From the human T2T-CHM13v2.0 reference genome, Homo sapiens, in assembly GCF_009914755.1 (NCBI RefSeq), contig NC_060928.1: a stretch of DNA of 64,000 bases; one strand, given 5' to 3'. Positions 26,034 to 38,550 of this stretch are shown one piece after another. Under the pieces are notes generated by a model, which worked only from the letters and a program-made list of their open reading frames with translations, ran no database searches and was not told the origin of the DNA. How positions within the stretch are numbered: the stretch's first letter is position 1; every line of letters starts with the position of its first letter. A program made the translations under genes and the position numbers.

Positions 26034-26888
26034 TGTGTTACTTTCCTGTTGCTACTGTAGCAAATTAACACAAACTTAGTGGCATAAAATAACACAAATG
26101 TGTTATGCTGTGGTTCTAGAACTTAGAATTCTTAACCGTTTCTTTAGGTTAAAGTCAGGTGTCAGTAGGGCTGGTTCCTTCTGTAGGCTCTGAGGAGCAG
26201 AATCTGTTTTCCCAATTTTTCAACTGCTAGTGACCACCTACATTCCTTGTGATTATATTTGAGCCCACTCAAATAATCCAGGATTGACTTCCCATTTCAA
26301 CATACTTTTCTTTTTTTTAAATTATACTTTAAGTTCTGGAGTACATGTGCAGAAAGTGCAGTTTTGTTAACATAGGTATATACATACCATGGTGGTTTGC
26401 TGCAGCCATCAACCTGTCACCTACATTAGCTATTTCTCCTAATGCTATCTCTCCCCTAACCCCAAAACCCCCAACAGGCCCCAGTATGTGATGTTCCCCT
26501 CCCTGTGTATGTTCTCATTGTTAAACACCCACTTATGAGTGAGAACATGTGGTGTTTGGCTTTCTGTTCTTGTGATAGTTTGCTGAGAATGATGTTTTCC
26601 AGCTTCATCCATGTCCCTGCAAAGGACATGAATTCATCCTTTTTTATGGCTCCATAGTGTTCCATGGTGTATATATGCCACATTTTCTTCATCCAGTCTA
26701 TCATTGATCGGCATTTGGGTTGGTTCCAAGTCTTTGCTATTGTGAATAGTGCCACAGTAAACATAGGTGTGCATCAATATACTTAGTTTAATGACATTCT
26801 AAAGCTCCTTTTGCCATATAAGGAAACATTTGTAGGTTCTGGGATTAGGATGCAGATAATTTTAGGTGCCACTATTCATCCTACCATA
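26034..26888 (-). mobile_element. MLT1C-like LTR interrupted by L1PA
   Basis: tgtgttactttcctgttgctactgtagcaaattaacacaaacttagtggc ... gttctgggattaggatg...ctattcatcctaccata. Confidence 0.8.
26308..26773 (-). mobile_element. L1PA7-like 3' end, 5'-truncated
   Basis: ttatactttaagttctggagtacatgtgcag...; ORF2 C-terminal remnant (MFTVALFTIAKTWNQPKC); TSD tcaacatactt / tcaatatactt. Confidence 0.92.
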
Positions 26889-27044
26889 AATGTGATGCTG
26901 CGTGTAAGTACTTTACACTACCTCTAAGTAAATGCTTACTCAATAAGTGCTGTAAGTTACTGTTATTGTGAAATAGGTGAATTTATAGTTATACACATTG
27001 GGATCACGTGCTTCCTTCAAAACTACACCGTTGTGTGATATATT

Positions 27045-27406
27045 CGTATTAGTCCACTCTCACACTGCTATAAAGAACTGCTCAAGACTGGGCAATTTAT
27101 AAATAAAAGAGGTTTAATGGACTCACAGTTCCACATGGCTGGGGAGGCCTAAATCATGGCGGAAGGTAAAGGAGGAGCAAAGGCACGCCTTGCATGGCAG
27201 CAGGCAAGAGAGTGTGTGCAGGGGAACTGCCCTTTATAAAACAATCAGCTTTCATGAGAGTTAGTCACTAGAATGAGAATAGCATGGGAAAAATCCATCC
27301 CCATGATTCAGTTACTTCCCATCGGGTTCCTTCCATGACATGTGGGGATTATGGGAGCTGCAATTCAAAATGAGATTTTGGTGGGGACACAGCCAAACCT
27401 TACGAG
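27045..27406 (-). mobile_element. THE1D-like solo LTR
   Basis: gtattagtccactctcacactgctataaag...ggggaactgccctttataaa...ggggacacagccaaacc. Confidence 0.9.
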
Positions 27407-28049
27407 TATTATTCAAAGAACGTGGATTACAAAAGCAATAAGGGTGGAAATTGCCTTTCTCTCTGAGCCTCACCTTGTGGAATACTGGGTGGGATTCCAA
27501 GGACACCCAATACCTTCTTTTCCTTCACATTATTCTAAGTAAGCACGTTTGCATTCTGTGGTACTTTTAAATCTTCTTTTCTGCCTATTTCCTGATTTTC
27601 ACTTTTCATCCTTTGATCTGCAAAAATGTCCCCCTTGCATTTTTCCTGTGTTATATTGATATGTCGTGGCTCTGCTGTTGATGTATCCAGCTCTGGCACT
27701 GAGATTGAGTTGGCTCATCACCATGAGTCCTCAACCATGGATGCAAGGCAGAGCTTCTTTCTCCCTTCATCACCCTGATATTTTGACCCAGTATTTGAGC
27801 CCTCCTCCTCACCTGCATTTCTATTTTTTTTAACCAGGTCTAATGTAGACTCCATAATTAAGTGGCATCTATAGATCTCTTACAGCCTTCTCTCACAAGT
27901 CATTTCAAGCAGATTTCCCTGGGGCTTAATTGGACAATATTACCATCAGCTGCCTCATTAACAGAAGCTGTTCAAGATGAAAACCTTGCCTTTTGCCAAA
28001 GACAGGATGAGTTTTCTACTGAGCTAGGACATGAATAATGATTAAACAC

Positions 28050-29080
<1,031 letters not shown>

Positions 29081-30169
29081 ATGTGTATATTGTGGTAAAA
29101 TAAGACAAACAAAGGGAATTTCTGGTGCCTATCCTGTATAGATTCTTGGTTGATTCTGAAGTTAACTGTCAGAATTCATGGTCCTTTCACAATTTTTCTG
29201 AGGAGGCCATACATTTGCATTAAAAGAAATGACAAGCCAGAGTTCACAGTGTGCTCACAGATTTGACCTTTCCATTAGGCCTCTGTTGCATATATACATT
29301 TATGATTTTAACCATTTTTATGGTTTATCCATTGTATTGGATTTATTTCCTCAACCCTACAATAGAATTAGATGTTACTGATTTTCACAGACCCCACAAA
29401 TCAAGAAAAAGATAAGAAACATATGCTACAAACTAGACAAAAGTCCTGTTATTTAGGATACTAAGGCATTTTGGTGAAGCCCCTGGGAATCTTTTAGCTG
29501 AGAGGCCCTTGACAGTTTTCTTCTGCTATTTAAGAGGTGTCAGAGACAGTTGTCTTGTTAGAGACAATGAGGCAAAATTTTCCTACTCAGCTCCTCATCT
29601 TTGACTATTTTTAGGATTGTTTCCTGGTGTAATACCAGAATGTTGTAAGGTGCTAAATTATGACTAAATCCAAATAAGAAAGAGGTAGAGTAAAAGATTT
29701 CATAACTAGAAGATGAAAGAAAATCTTTATCAAATGGACTATTTCTTCTTTCTTCTGAGAAATGACCTTAGACTGTCAAATCATATCAAACATGACCACA
29801 GTACACACTACCAGTCATTAGGAATGCATTCCCTGTTGTTAAGGGAATTGGTAAGGTCTGTGGTTGCAAAGCTCTATGGATAGCTAGTCTTTGCAAACAA
29901 TGTGGGAGACAAACAGTTTTTGGATTTCCTGAGTGTGACAGCATCTTTAAATTTTTATTAAAGTATATAAACAGTTTACACAGTTGTCTGCATTCTCAAA
30001 CAGACAAAATTGGGCAGTCAAATTTCAGAAAGATATAAACTACTCTTTCAGCATGCCAATGTCTTTTTCTTTGTATTTTATATGAGGACCATAACCAGGT
30101 ATAGAATTACTATTCAAAAATAACACAAACAAAAAAAAAGAAAAACAAAACAACAATAAAAAAAGTAAA

Positions 30170-30705
30170 TTTCAAATTGTATTATAAAGACGACTTTTAC
30201 AGCACAAAACAAAGGAAAGAAATCACAAAAGCTAGACAACTTGTAACCTTTAAAAAAAACTTCTATACACAAAAAGTCTTAGTTAAATGAGATGTTCCAG
30301 CTCTTTTATAGAAACACAGATTTAACAACCATCCATGGATAAAAATACCTTCATGAGAGCTCTGGAATCCAGGTGAGAAGTTACAGCAACTGGGTGGAGC
30401 ACAGAAAGAAACAAACAAAAAAAGGCGCATTGAAAATGGTAAGAACAATTTTACATGACTCACATCATGTCTTCCCCAAGCCTGCAGAATAGAGTACTGA
30501 GAAATATCTTCTTGGCTTGTAAGTACTTCTATGCCCATAGGGAAAAATGAGAATGAAGTATAATATACAGTTAGGATGAATAAATTCTAAACATCTACTG
30601 TATACCATAATGCCAATGGAGAAAAATAGTCTATTGTACACTTAAAATTGTTCTAAGAGGAAATATGTTAAGGATTCTAATTATAAAATAATATAGTAAG
30701 TAAAG
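30170..30705 (+). mobile_element. L1M fragments (5'UTR-like piece next to a 3'UTR-like piece)
   Basis: aaaaataccttcatgagagctctggaatccaggtgagaagttacagca (old L1 5' end); ttaggatgaataaattcta...tattgtacacttaaaatt (L1MA/MB 3' end). Confidence 0.55.
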
Positions 30706-30710
30706 AGGGC

Positions 30711-31067
30711 TGATATGGTTTGGCTATATCCCCACCCAAATCTCATCTTGAATTCCCATGTGTTGTGGGAGAGACCCAGTGGGAGGTAATTGAATCATGG
30801 GGGCAAGTCTTTCCTGTGCTGTTCTCATGATGGTGAATAAGTCTCATGAGATCTGATGGCTTTAAAAACAGGAAAACCCTGCACAAGCTCTCTCTTTCTT
30901 TGCCTGCCACCATCCATGTAAGACATGACTTGCTCCTCCTTGCCTTCCACCATGATTGTGAGGCCTCCCCAGCCATGTGTAACTTAAGTCCAGTTAAACC
31001 TCTTTCCTTTGTAAATTGCCCAATGTTGGGTATGTATTTATCAGCAGCATGAAAACAGACTAATATA
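30711..31067 (+). mobile_element. THE1B 5' LTR
   Basis: tgatatggtttggct...gcacaagctctctc...gactaatata followed directly by internal gtaaattggtacc. Confidence 0.92.
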
Positions 31068-31968
31068 GTAAATTGGTACCAGTAGAGTGGGGCAATGCTT
31101 TAAAGATAACTGTAAATGTGGAAGCAACTTTGGAACTGGGTAACAGACAGAGGTTGGAACAATTTGGAGGGCTCAGAAGAAGATAGGAAAATGTAGGAAA
31201 GTCTAGAAATCCCTAGAGACTTGTTGAATGGCTTTGACCAAAATGCTGATAGCAATATGCACAATGAAATCCAGTCTGAGGTGGTCTCAGATGGAGATAA
31301 GGGACTTGTTGGCAACTGGAGCAAAGGTGATTCTTGCTATGTTTTAGCAAAGAAACTGGTGGCACTTTGCCCCTGCCTAGAGATTTGTGGAACTTTGAAC
31401 TTGAGAGAGATAATTTCGGGTATCTGGCAGAAGAAATTTCTAAGCAACAAAGCATTCAAGAGGTGATTAGGTGCTGTTAAAGGCATTCAGTTTTATAAGG
31501 GAAACAGAGCACAAAAGTTTGGAAAATTTGCAGCCTGATAATGCGATATTAGAGAAAACCCCATTTTCTGAGGAGAAATTAAATCCGGCTGCAGAAATTT
31601 GCCTAAGCAATGAGGAGCTGAATGTTAATCCCCAAGACAATGGGGAAAATGTCTCCAGGGCATGTCAGAGGTCTTCATGGCAGCCCCTCCCATCAGAGGC
31701 CCAGAGGCGTAGGAGAAAAAAGTGACTTTGTTGGCCGGGCTTAGGATCCCTGTGCTTTGTGCAGCCTAGGGACTTGGTGCCCTGTGTCCCAACCACTCCA
31801 GCCCTGGCTGAAAGGGGCCAACATAGAATTCGGGCTATGGCTTCAGAGGTGCAAGCATCAAGCTTTGGCTGCTTCTACGTACTATTGAGCCTGCGAGTGC
31901 ACGGAAGTCAAGAATTGGGGTTTGGGAACCTCTGCCTGGATTTCCGAAGATGTATGGAAGATGTATGT
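31068..31968 (+). mobile_element. THE1 internal sequence, 3'-truncated
   Basis: gtaaattggtaccagtagagtgggg...ggctcagaagaagatagg; degenerate MaLR ORF (MLNGFDQNADS...); no second LTR. Confidence 0.9.
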
Positions 31969-32714
31969 TACCAAGGCTTGCATCTTGTTCAGTGAATTTC
32001 CCAAGAGAAGCTTGTTCCAGTCTTTATCTTCATATATACTCGTAAATCCTGGGGACTAATGCCAGTCGTTCCTAAGAATTCTTCCATACCCTACATCCTT
32101 GCAGCTTAACTGGCATCACAGGCAGTTAGGGATAGAGAAGCTTGTCATCCCTTTTACAGATAATCACTATCACTAGGAATGATTCTCTTGCGCACCTCTC
32201 TTCACTTGGTGGTGAGGGGGCAGTGGAGAGACAAACTCTCCCCATGTAAGTAGGAAAGGAAGAGATCATAGCATTCTCTACTCATATGTATTTCCTTTAA
32301 GCAATTTCCTCAACGTACGTTTCAGTCACTTTTAACAGAGACTGGAAGTGGGTAATGGTAGTTGGTAGCTGAAGAACCAATTTAATCATTTGTTAGTAAG
32401 CTCTGTGGGAATATGTTTGTAGCTCTCTTTTAATGTGAGTGTAATATATTACCCACTATCTGTAGCTTTGGGGAATTTGCCAAAATTTTCAAGTAGATAG
32501 GAAGCAACCTATTCAACATTCTATAACATATGGCATATATGAATATGCTCATTTGCTGTTCAGAAAAATGAAGACATATTAAACTAAGATAGATTTAGTG
32601 AAAAAGATTATTTCTGACTGATATACCTTATTCTAATCTAGCATTTCCCAGTGCTGTTTGAAAGAACTCCACCTCCAAAGGAGTCATCCTCAGACTCCTA
32701 GCATATTAAAGATT

Positions 32715-33200
32715 CTGAGAAATCACAGCAATGTTCTGTACAAAACCACCCCAAAACTCAGTGAATTAAAGCAACACTCATATCTTCTTGTACTTCTGTG
32801 TGTCGTTGGGGGCTTGGCTAATATTGGTTGGACTCAACTGGTGGCACTTTGTAGTCCATGGTAGTTAGCATCCTGCTTCCAAGTTAGGAACTGAAGGCAG
32901 GGTGGGTGCTCCAGCTTCAGTGTCTTTCATTCTCCTTGTGTCAGAGAGGTTGCCAGAGATATTTCTTCCTCTTATATCACTGGCAGAGGTGCAAGAGAAT
33001 AAGCACAAACATGTGCATCCTCCTAAGACCCAGGCTTGACACTGGCAAACTGTGATTTCTGTACAGAAACTTTTGGTCAAAGAAAGTCATCTGACCAAGC
33101 CCAAAGTCAAGAATTGGGTAAGTACATCCATAATGAGGCCATGGCAATGGTGTGAGTGCAGGTAGGGGAGAAGAATCAGGGCAATAGTTCAATCTAAAAT
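32715..33200 (-). mobile_element. Old MLT1 (I/J-like) LTR
   Basis: caaaaccaccccaaaactcagtgaattaaagcaacac...ttggtcaaagaaagtcatctgaccaagcccaaagtcaag. Confidence 0.7.
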
Positions 33201-35559
33201 AGTTTTTTTAAATGAAGTTTTTGGAATTTTTTTTTAACCATAGAGTTATTTTTGTTTTCTTATCTGTAAGATAGATGGTGGAGTAGGAAACCTCAGCCTT
33301 TATTTTCCCCACAAAGAATAATGATTAGACAACTATATGAAAATAAAAATAACTCTAGAAGAGCTAAGGAGTCCACTTAGGAAGCTATAGCCATACCTAT
33401 GGAAGAAAAACAAAAAAACAAAATAACCACACAAAATAGATAAAAGTGTTTTGCCTACATCATCCCATCCCCCAGGTCTGTACTGCTCAACACAGAAAGG
33501 GAACACCCGGACTCTCAATTTTCTCTCATAAAGAAGAAGAATATGGTGTGAACAACTAATTTCCACAGCCTTTCAAGGCACTGCTCAAACAAATGTATTT
33601 ACTTTCTCCTCACCCGGATTGCTAAGGAGACTGGTATTATCTGTGATGTCTGGAGACAGCCAGGAACAAAGAAGAAGGATGTGATCTATCAGCACAAGCC
33701 AACAAGGCAGAATCTACTGAGGTCCCCAGTGCCCTGCTCTGCACATACTTCAGCAGCCTCCTCTACTGAGGACCTCAATAGTCCTCATGGTTACTGGGCA
33801 CCCCCTGCAGGTTTCACTGCTGAGGACTTTGCAGTGTTCGCTGTCATAGACATTAGCAGCTTTTGCTACTGAAGAAATCAACAACCAACACAGCCTCAAT
33901 GGATGCCCTGCAGGTTTTGCCATGGAGGATTCCACAGCTTTTTGCTTTTGCTGTTTCCAGGTGCCTGAGCCACTGCTCATCTTCCTTTTCCCTCCCAGGA
34001 ACCACACCAGCTGCTGTCATAACAGGTGCCTTGGCCCAGGGACCCGGAGCAGCCACAATACACATGCCTGAAAATGGTCCTGGGCCCACACTGCAGGCCC
34101 TGGCCTCAGCTCCCACTGCAGCACATATGCCTGTAGCCAGGCTCATATATAACACTAGTCCTGGCTCCCACAGCTGTGTATATACAAGCAGCTGGGCCCA
34201 ACTCCCATTTCTGGCCTTGTCCACTGTGTTTACATGCCTAGCTCCAGTCCCTGCAGCTGAGCACACAGATGCAGTCATCTGACCTCTGTTACCAGCTCTC
34301 ACTGCTGCATGCATGCCCCCATAGGACCTCTGCAGCTACGGATGTGTGCATGTGCCCACGGCCAGCCTTGGTCTCCACAGTAACACAGGCATACATAGCT
34401 GGCCTAACCCCTGTCCATAACCCCCAGTTAGCCCCTGCAACTACTGACATGCAGGCTGCCAGCTCCTATAGCTGTGCTTGGACACAGCTCCAGTTCCCAC
34501 CAGCACATGAACCTGCGGTCAGCCAGAGTCCCTGCTCGTGACCCTCACCCTTGCCACTGTGAGAATGCCTATAGCTGGCCCCTGCTACCACATATGTGCT
34601 GGAGCCAGCCTCCATACTCCAGCACAGGAACACCACTGGCCCCAACTCTGGTCTTTGGCTGTTGGACCCAAAGGCACTGCTTAGGACCCCAGCAGCCCTT
34701 GCAACTACTGTGAAACTCTGTGTTTCTTGCCATCAAGAATCATGCAGTTGCCAGTGTCACAGACTCTAACTACCTGAACCCCCAAGACACTGCACCCCCC
34801 CAACATATCCATACCTCCATACTTCTTGCCCGCTACCACTAGACCAGGTGCAACAGCACACTCCAGTGCTCCCCTCAACCCTGACAAGTAAAAATCTTTT
34901 AGAAAGATTTTCATATATAATTCCAGTACAAAAGTCTGGAAGAGTAGACTGCTTTTTGAAGTGTGTAGAGAACTACATGAGGTTACAGAAATCATGAAGA
35001 ATCAGAGAGACATGACACCACCAAAGGAACACCGTACACATCTAGTAACTAATTCCAGAGAATTGAAGATTTGCTAATTGCCTGACAAAGAATTCAAAAT
35101 AAATGTTCTAAAGGAGCTCAGTGAGCTACAAGAACAGAGATAAATGATTTAATGAAATCAGGAAATCAATATAAGAACATCAATATAAGAAGTCAGGAAA
35201 ATAATATAAGAACAAAAGGAAAAGCGCAATGAAGAGAAAGAAAAATGTAAAACACACATACACACAAACACAAACAAAGACAAAAACTAACAAACAGAAA
35301 CTTGGGAGCTGAAGACTACAATGACAGAACTAAAAAATCCCATACAGAGCTTCAACAGAAGACAAGAACAACAAGAAGAATAAGGAAACTCAAAAACAGA
35401 TTATTTGAAATCATCCAGTAAGAAGAGAAAAAAAAATGTATAAGGAAAGCCTATGGAATCTAATAGCTACAGCAACCTTGGGCAAAAAGAACAAGTTGGA
35501 GTCATAATACTATCTGATCTCAAAATATACTACAAAGCTAATGTAATCAAAACAGCATG

Positions 35560-35832
35560 GGGGCTGAGCACGGTAGCTCAACCTATAATCCCAGTGCTTT
35601 CAGAGGCCAAGGTGGGAGTACCACATGAGGACAGGAGTTTGAGACCAGCCTGGGCAACATAGTAAGACTCCATCTCTACAAAAAAAAAAAAAAAAAAAAA
35701 GTCAGGTGTGCTGGTGCATACCTGCAGTCCTAGCTACTCAGGAGACTGAGGCAAGAGGATTGTTTGAGCTCTACCTCATGGGGCAGCCAAACAAGACCCT
35801 GTCTCTAAAACAAAAACAAACAAACAAACAAA
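35560..35832 (+). mobile_element. AluJ-like, right arm partly deleted
   Basis: gcctgggcaacatagtaagactccatctct (J diagnostic); (CAAA)n tail; TSD aaaacagcat / aaaccagcat. Confidence 0.88.
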
Positions 35833-36807
35833 ACCAGCATAAGAATAGCGTAACAATAGACATATAGACTAATGGAACAGAGTAGAGAGCTTATAAATAA
35901 ATCCAGGCAATTATCGTCATTGATCTTTAACAAAGGTACCAAGACTACACAATAGGGAACGGAGATTCTCTTCAATAAATACTGCTGAGAAAACAATATC
36001 CCCATGCAGAAGAATCAGATTGGATTTTTATTTGACACCATTAATTCAGAATGGATTAAAGATTTAAACATAAGACCTGAAACTATAAAACTCCTAGAAG
36101 AAAATACGCAAAAAAAGATTTTTGACATTAGTTTTGGTAATGATTTGTTGAATATGACTCAAAGCATAGGCAACAAAAGAAAAATAGAAAAATAGGATTG
36201 AATCAAACCAAAATGTTTCTGCATAACAAAGCAAACAATCAACAGAATGAGGAGACAACCTACAGCATAAGAGAAAATATTTGCAAATCGTATATCTGAA
36301 GAGTAATTAATACCCAAAATACATACAAGGAAATAAAATAACTCAATAGCAAGAAAACAAATAAATTGATTAGATATTTCTCAAAAGAAGGCATATAAAT
36401 GGCCAACATGTACATGAAAATAATGCTAGCTATTACTAATCATCAGGGAAATAAAAATTAAAACCAAACAAGATATTACCTCACATCCGCTATCATGTCT
36501 ATTATCACAAAGCCAAAACATAAGTGCTGGTGATGTGGAGAAAAGGGAACCCTTGTAAACTCTTGGTGGGAATGTAAATTACTCCAGTTACTATGGAAAC
36601 TAATATGGAGATTCCTCAAAAAATTAAAAATAGAAGTACCATATGATCTAGCAATTCTGTGTCTAGCTATATCTTCAATGAAAATGAAATCAGTATGTGG
36701 AAAAGATATCTGTACTCCCATGTTTCTGGAAGGATTATCAAAATAGTCAAGATATAGAAGCAACCATCAATGAATGAATGAATACTGAAAATGTGGTATA
36801 TATACAC

Positions 36808-37715
36808 TGTGATATTATGATTATATTTATATTATGGTTTTCAGCCTTGGTTCATAGCTCATAACTCCCATAACCATTGTTACAATCTTTTGTTATGATG
36901 TTGGGGCACTTAAAGCCTCAGAAACAGACCTCAGGAAACAAAACTTATCTCTCTGACCTTTTTGTGTCCCCCTTTCACTTGCCAAAGGCAGGACTCTAAT
37001 CTGACTGTGGGTCATAAGACCTTCATTCCAGAGAGTCCTGCTTCCTTCTCTGGAGGAAGCAACCCTGCACAGAGGGAAAGAAGAATCTCAACATACAGTC
37101 CTCAGCAGCTTTAGCATGGGCAACAAATTAAGTCTCTGTAAAAGGCCCAAAGGACAGGGTTTGGTGAGATTCTGGAGAGCTGGAAACATGGAGGTTGACA
37201 GGAATGTAAAGAAGAACTCATTTACATGCCAGGAGGGTGGAACACCCCAATTCCATGAGGATAACTGCTCCTGTACTCCAGACCTCACCCCATGTGTCTC
37301 TTCATCTGGCTGGTTATTTGTCCTTTAAGATCTCCTTACTCAACCAGTAAATGTAAGTAAATGTTTCCCTCACTTCAGTGAGCTGCTCTAGCACATTAAC
37401 TGAACTCAAAGATAAGGTCGTAGAAACTCCGCCTTGAAGCCAGTCAGTCAGAATTTCTAGAGGCCCGAACATGTGACTAGAGGGAAGGAGGGGGAAGTCT
37501 TGTGAAACTGAGCCCCCTCGACCTGTGGATTCTGACACACTCTCTGGGTAGATAGTGTCAAAACTGAATTGAAGGACACCCAGCTGGTGTCCATTGTTTG
37601 GCGTGTGTGGAAAAACTCCCACACCTTTGGTCACAGAAGTCGTCTTCTGTGTTGATGATTGTGGTGGTGAAGTGAGGCAGAAGAAAAATGCAGTTTGGGA
37701 GTTTTTCCCTGAAAC
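36808..37715 (+). mobile_element. MER21-type solo LTR
   Basis: tgtgatattatgatt...taaatgtaagtaaatgtttccctcacttcagtgagctgctctagca...gatagtgtcaaaactgaattg...gaaaca; L1 sequence resumes after it. Confidence 0.85.
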
Positions 37716-38189
37716 ACACACACACCATAGAATACTATTTAGCCTTACAAAGAACGAAAATTCTGTCATTTCCGACAACATGGATTAACCTGGAGGATAT
37801 TTTGCTAAGTGAAATAAGCTAGGTACAGAAAGACAAATGATGCATGACCTCATTTATATGTAGAATCTAAAAATGTGGAACTCAGAGACTAGAGTGATGG
37901 TTATCGGGGGCTTGGAAGAGTGTGAGATATGGGAAGATGTTTGCCAAAAAGTACAATGTTTCAGGGGTAAGTTCTCTAATTCTATTGCATAGCAGAGTGA
38001 TTATAGTTAATAATAACATAAACTTGAAATTGCCAAAAGAACAGATCTTAAAGACTTAACATGGAATATAAGATACAAACCCTTGCATATAATTTGGTTC
38101 TTACTTTTTTCCATATAATGCAAAATCCTTCCCCTCAATCTTTGTACAACCCAAACACGTTGATCTCTCATAGTCTCAAAACTGCTGTG

Positions 38190-38550
38190 TTTTCTCCTGT
38201 CCTTCCATTTTCAGAGACTCCCTCTACCATGAGTCCTTTCTCCTCTTCACCAATTAACTTTCCCTTTCCTCCAAGTTTTAATCAATCATGACTTCCTTGG
38301 CTAAGCCTTCTGGGACCCCCTATCTTGGTCAGGTCCTTGCATTATAAATTCGAATAATCTCAGTGTGACTAACGCATTACTTATTACAGTGGAAATGCTG
38401 TATTCCTTTCTGTGATTATTTGATTAATGTATCTCTTAGTAACTCAACTGTAGGCTCCCAGAGGACAGGAAATATGTTGTATTTATCATCTGATATCACT
38501 AGAGCCTTGCAAAGAACCTGCCATGGGTTCAAGAAATATGCTTATTAATT
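38190..38550 (+). mobile_element. L2 3' fragment
   Basis: gacttccttggctaagccttc...tgattatttgattaatgtatctc...actgtaggctcccagaggacagg. Confidence 0.6.

Larger units (their letters stand above)
33270..38055 (+). mobile_element. L1MA8/9-like LINE-1 with GC-rich 5'UTR, ORF1 start, large internal deletion and 3' end; interrupted by AluJ and MER21
   Basis: agatggtggagtagg start; ORF1-like ctgacaaagaattcaaaata; ORF2 remnants (WIKDLNIRPETIKLLEEN); 3'UTR aacctggaggatattttgctaagtgaaataagc. Confidence 0.8.

Noticed and set aside
33681-34995. Cluster of overlapping ORFs up to 153 aa on both strands
   Set aside because: Lies in the GC-rich 5'UTR of an old L1, where stop codons are scarce; no recognisable domain
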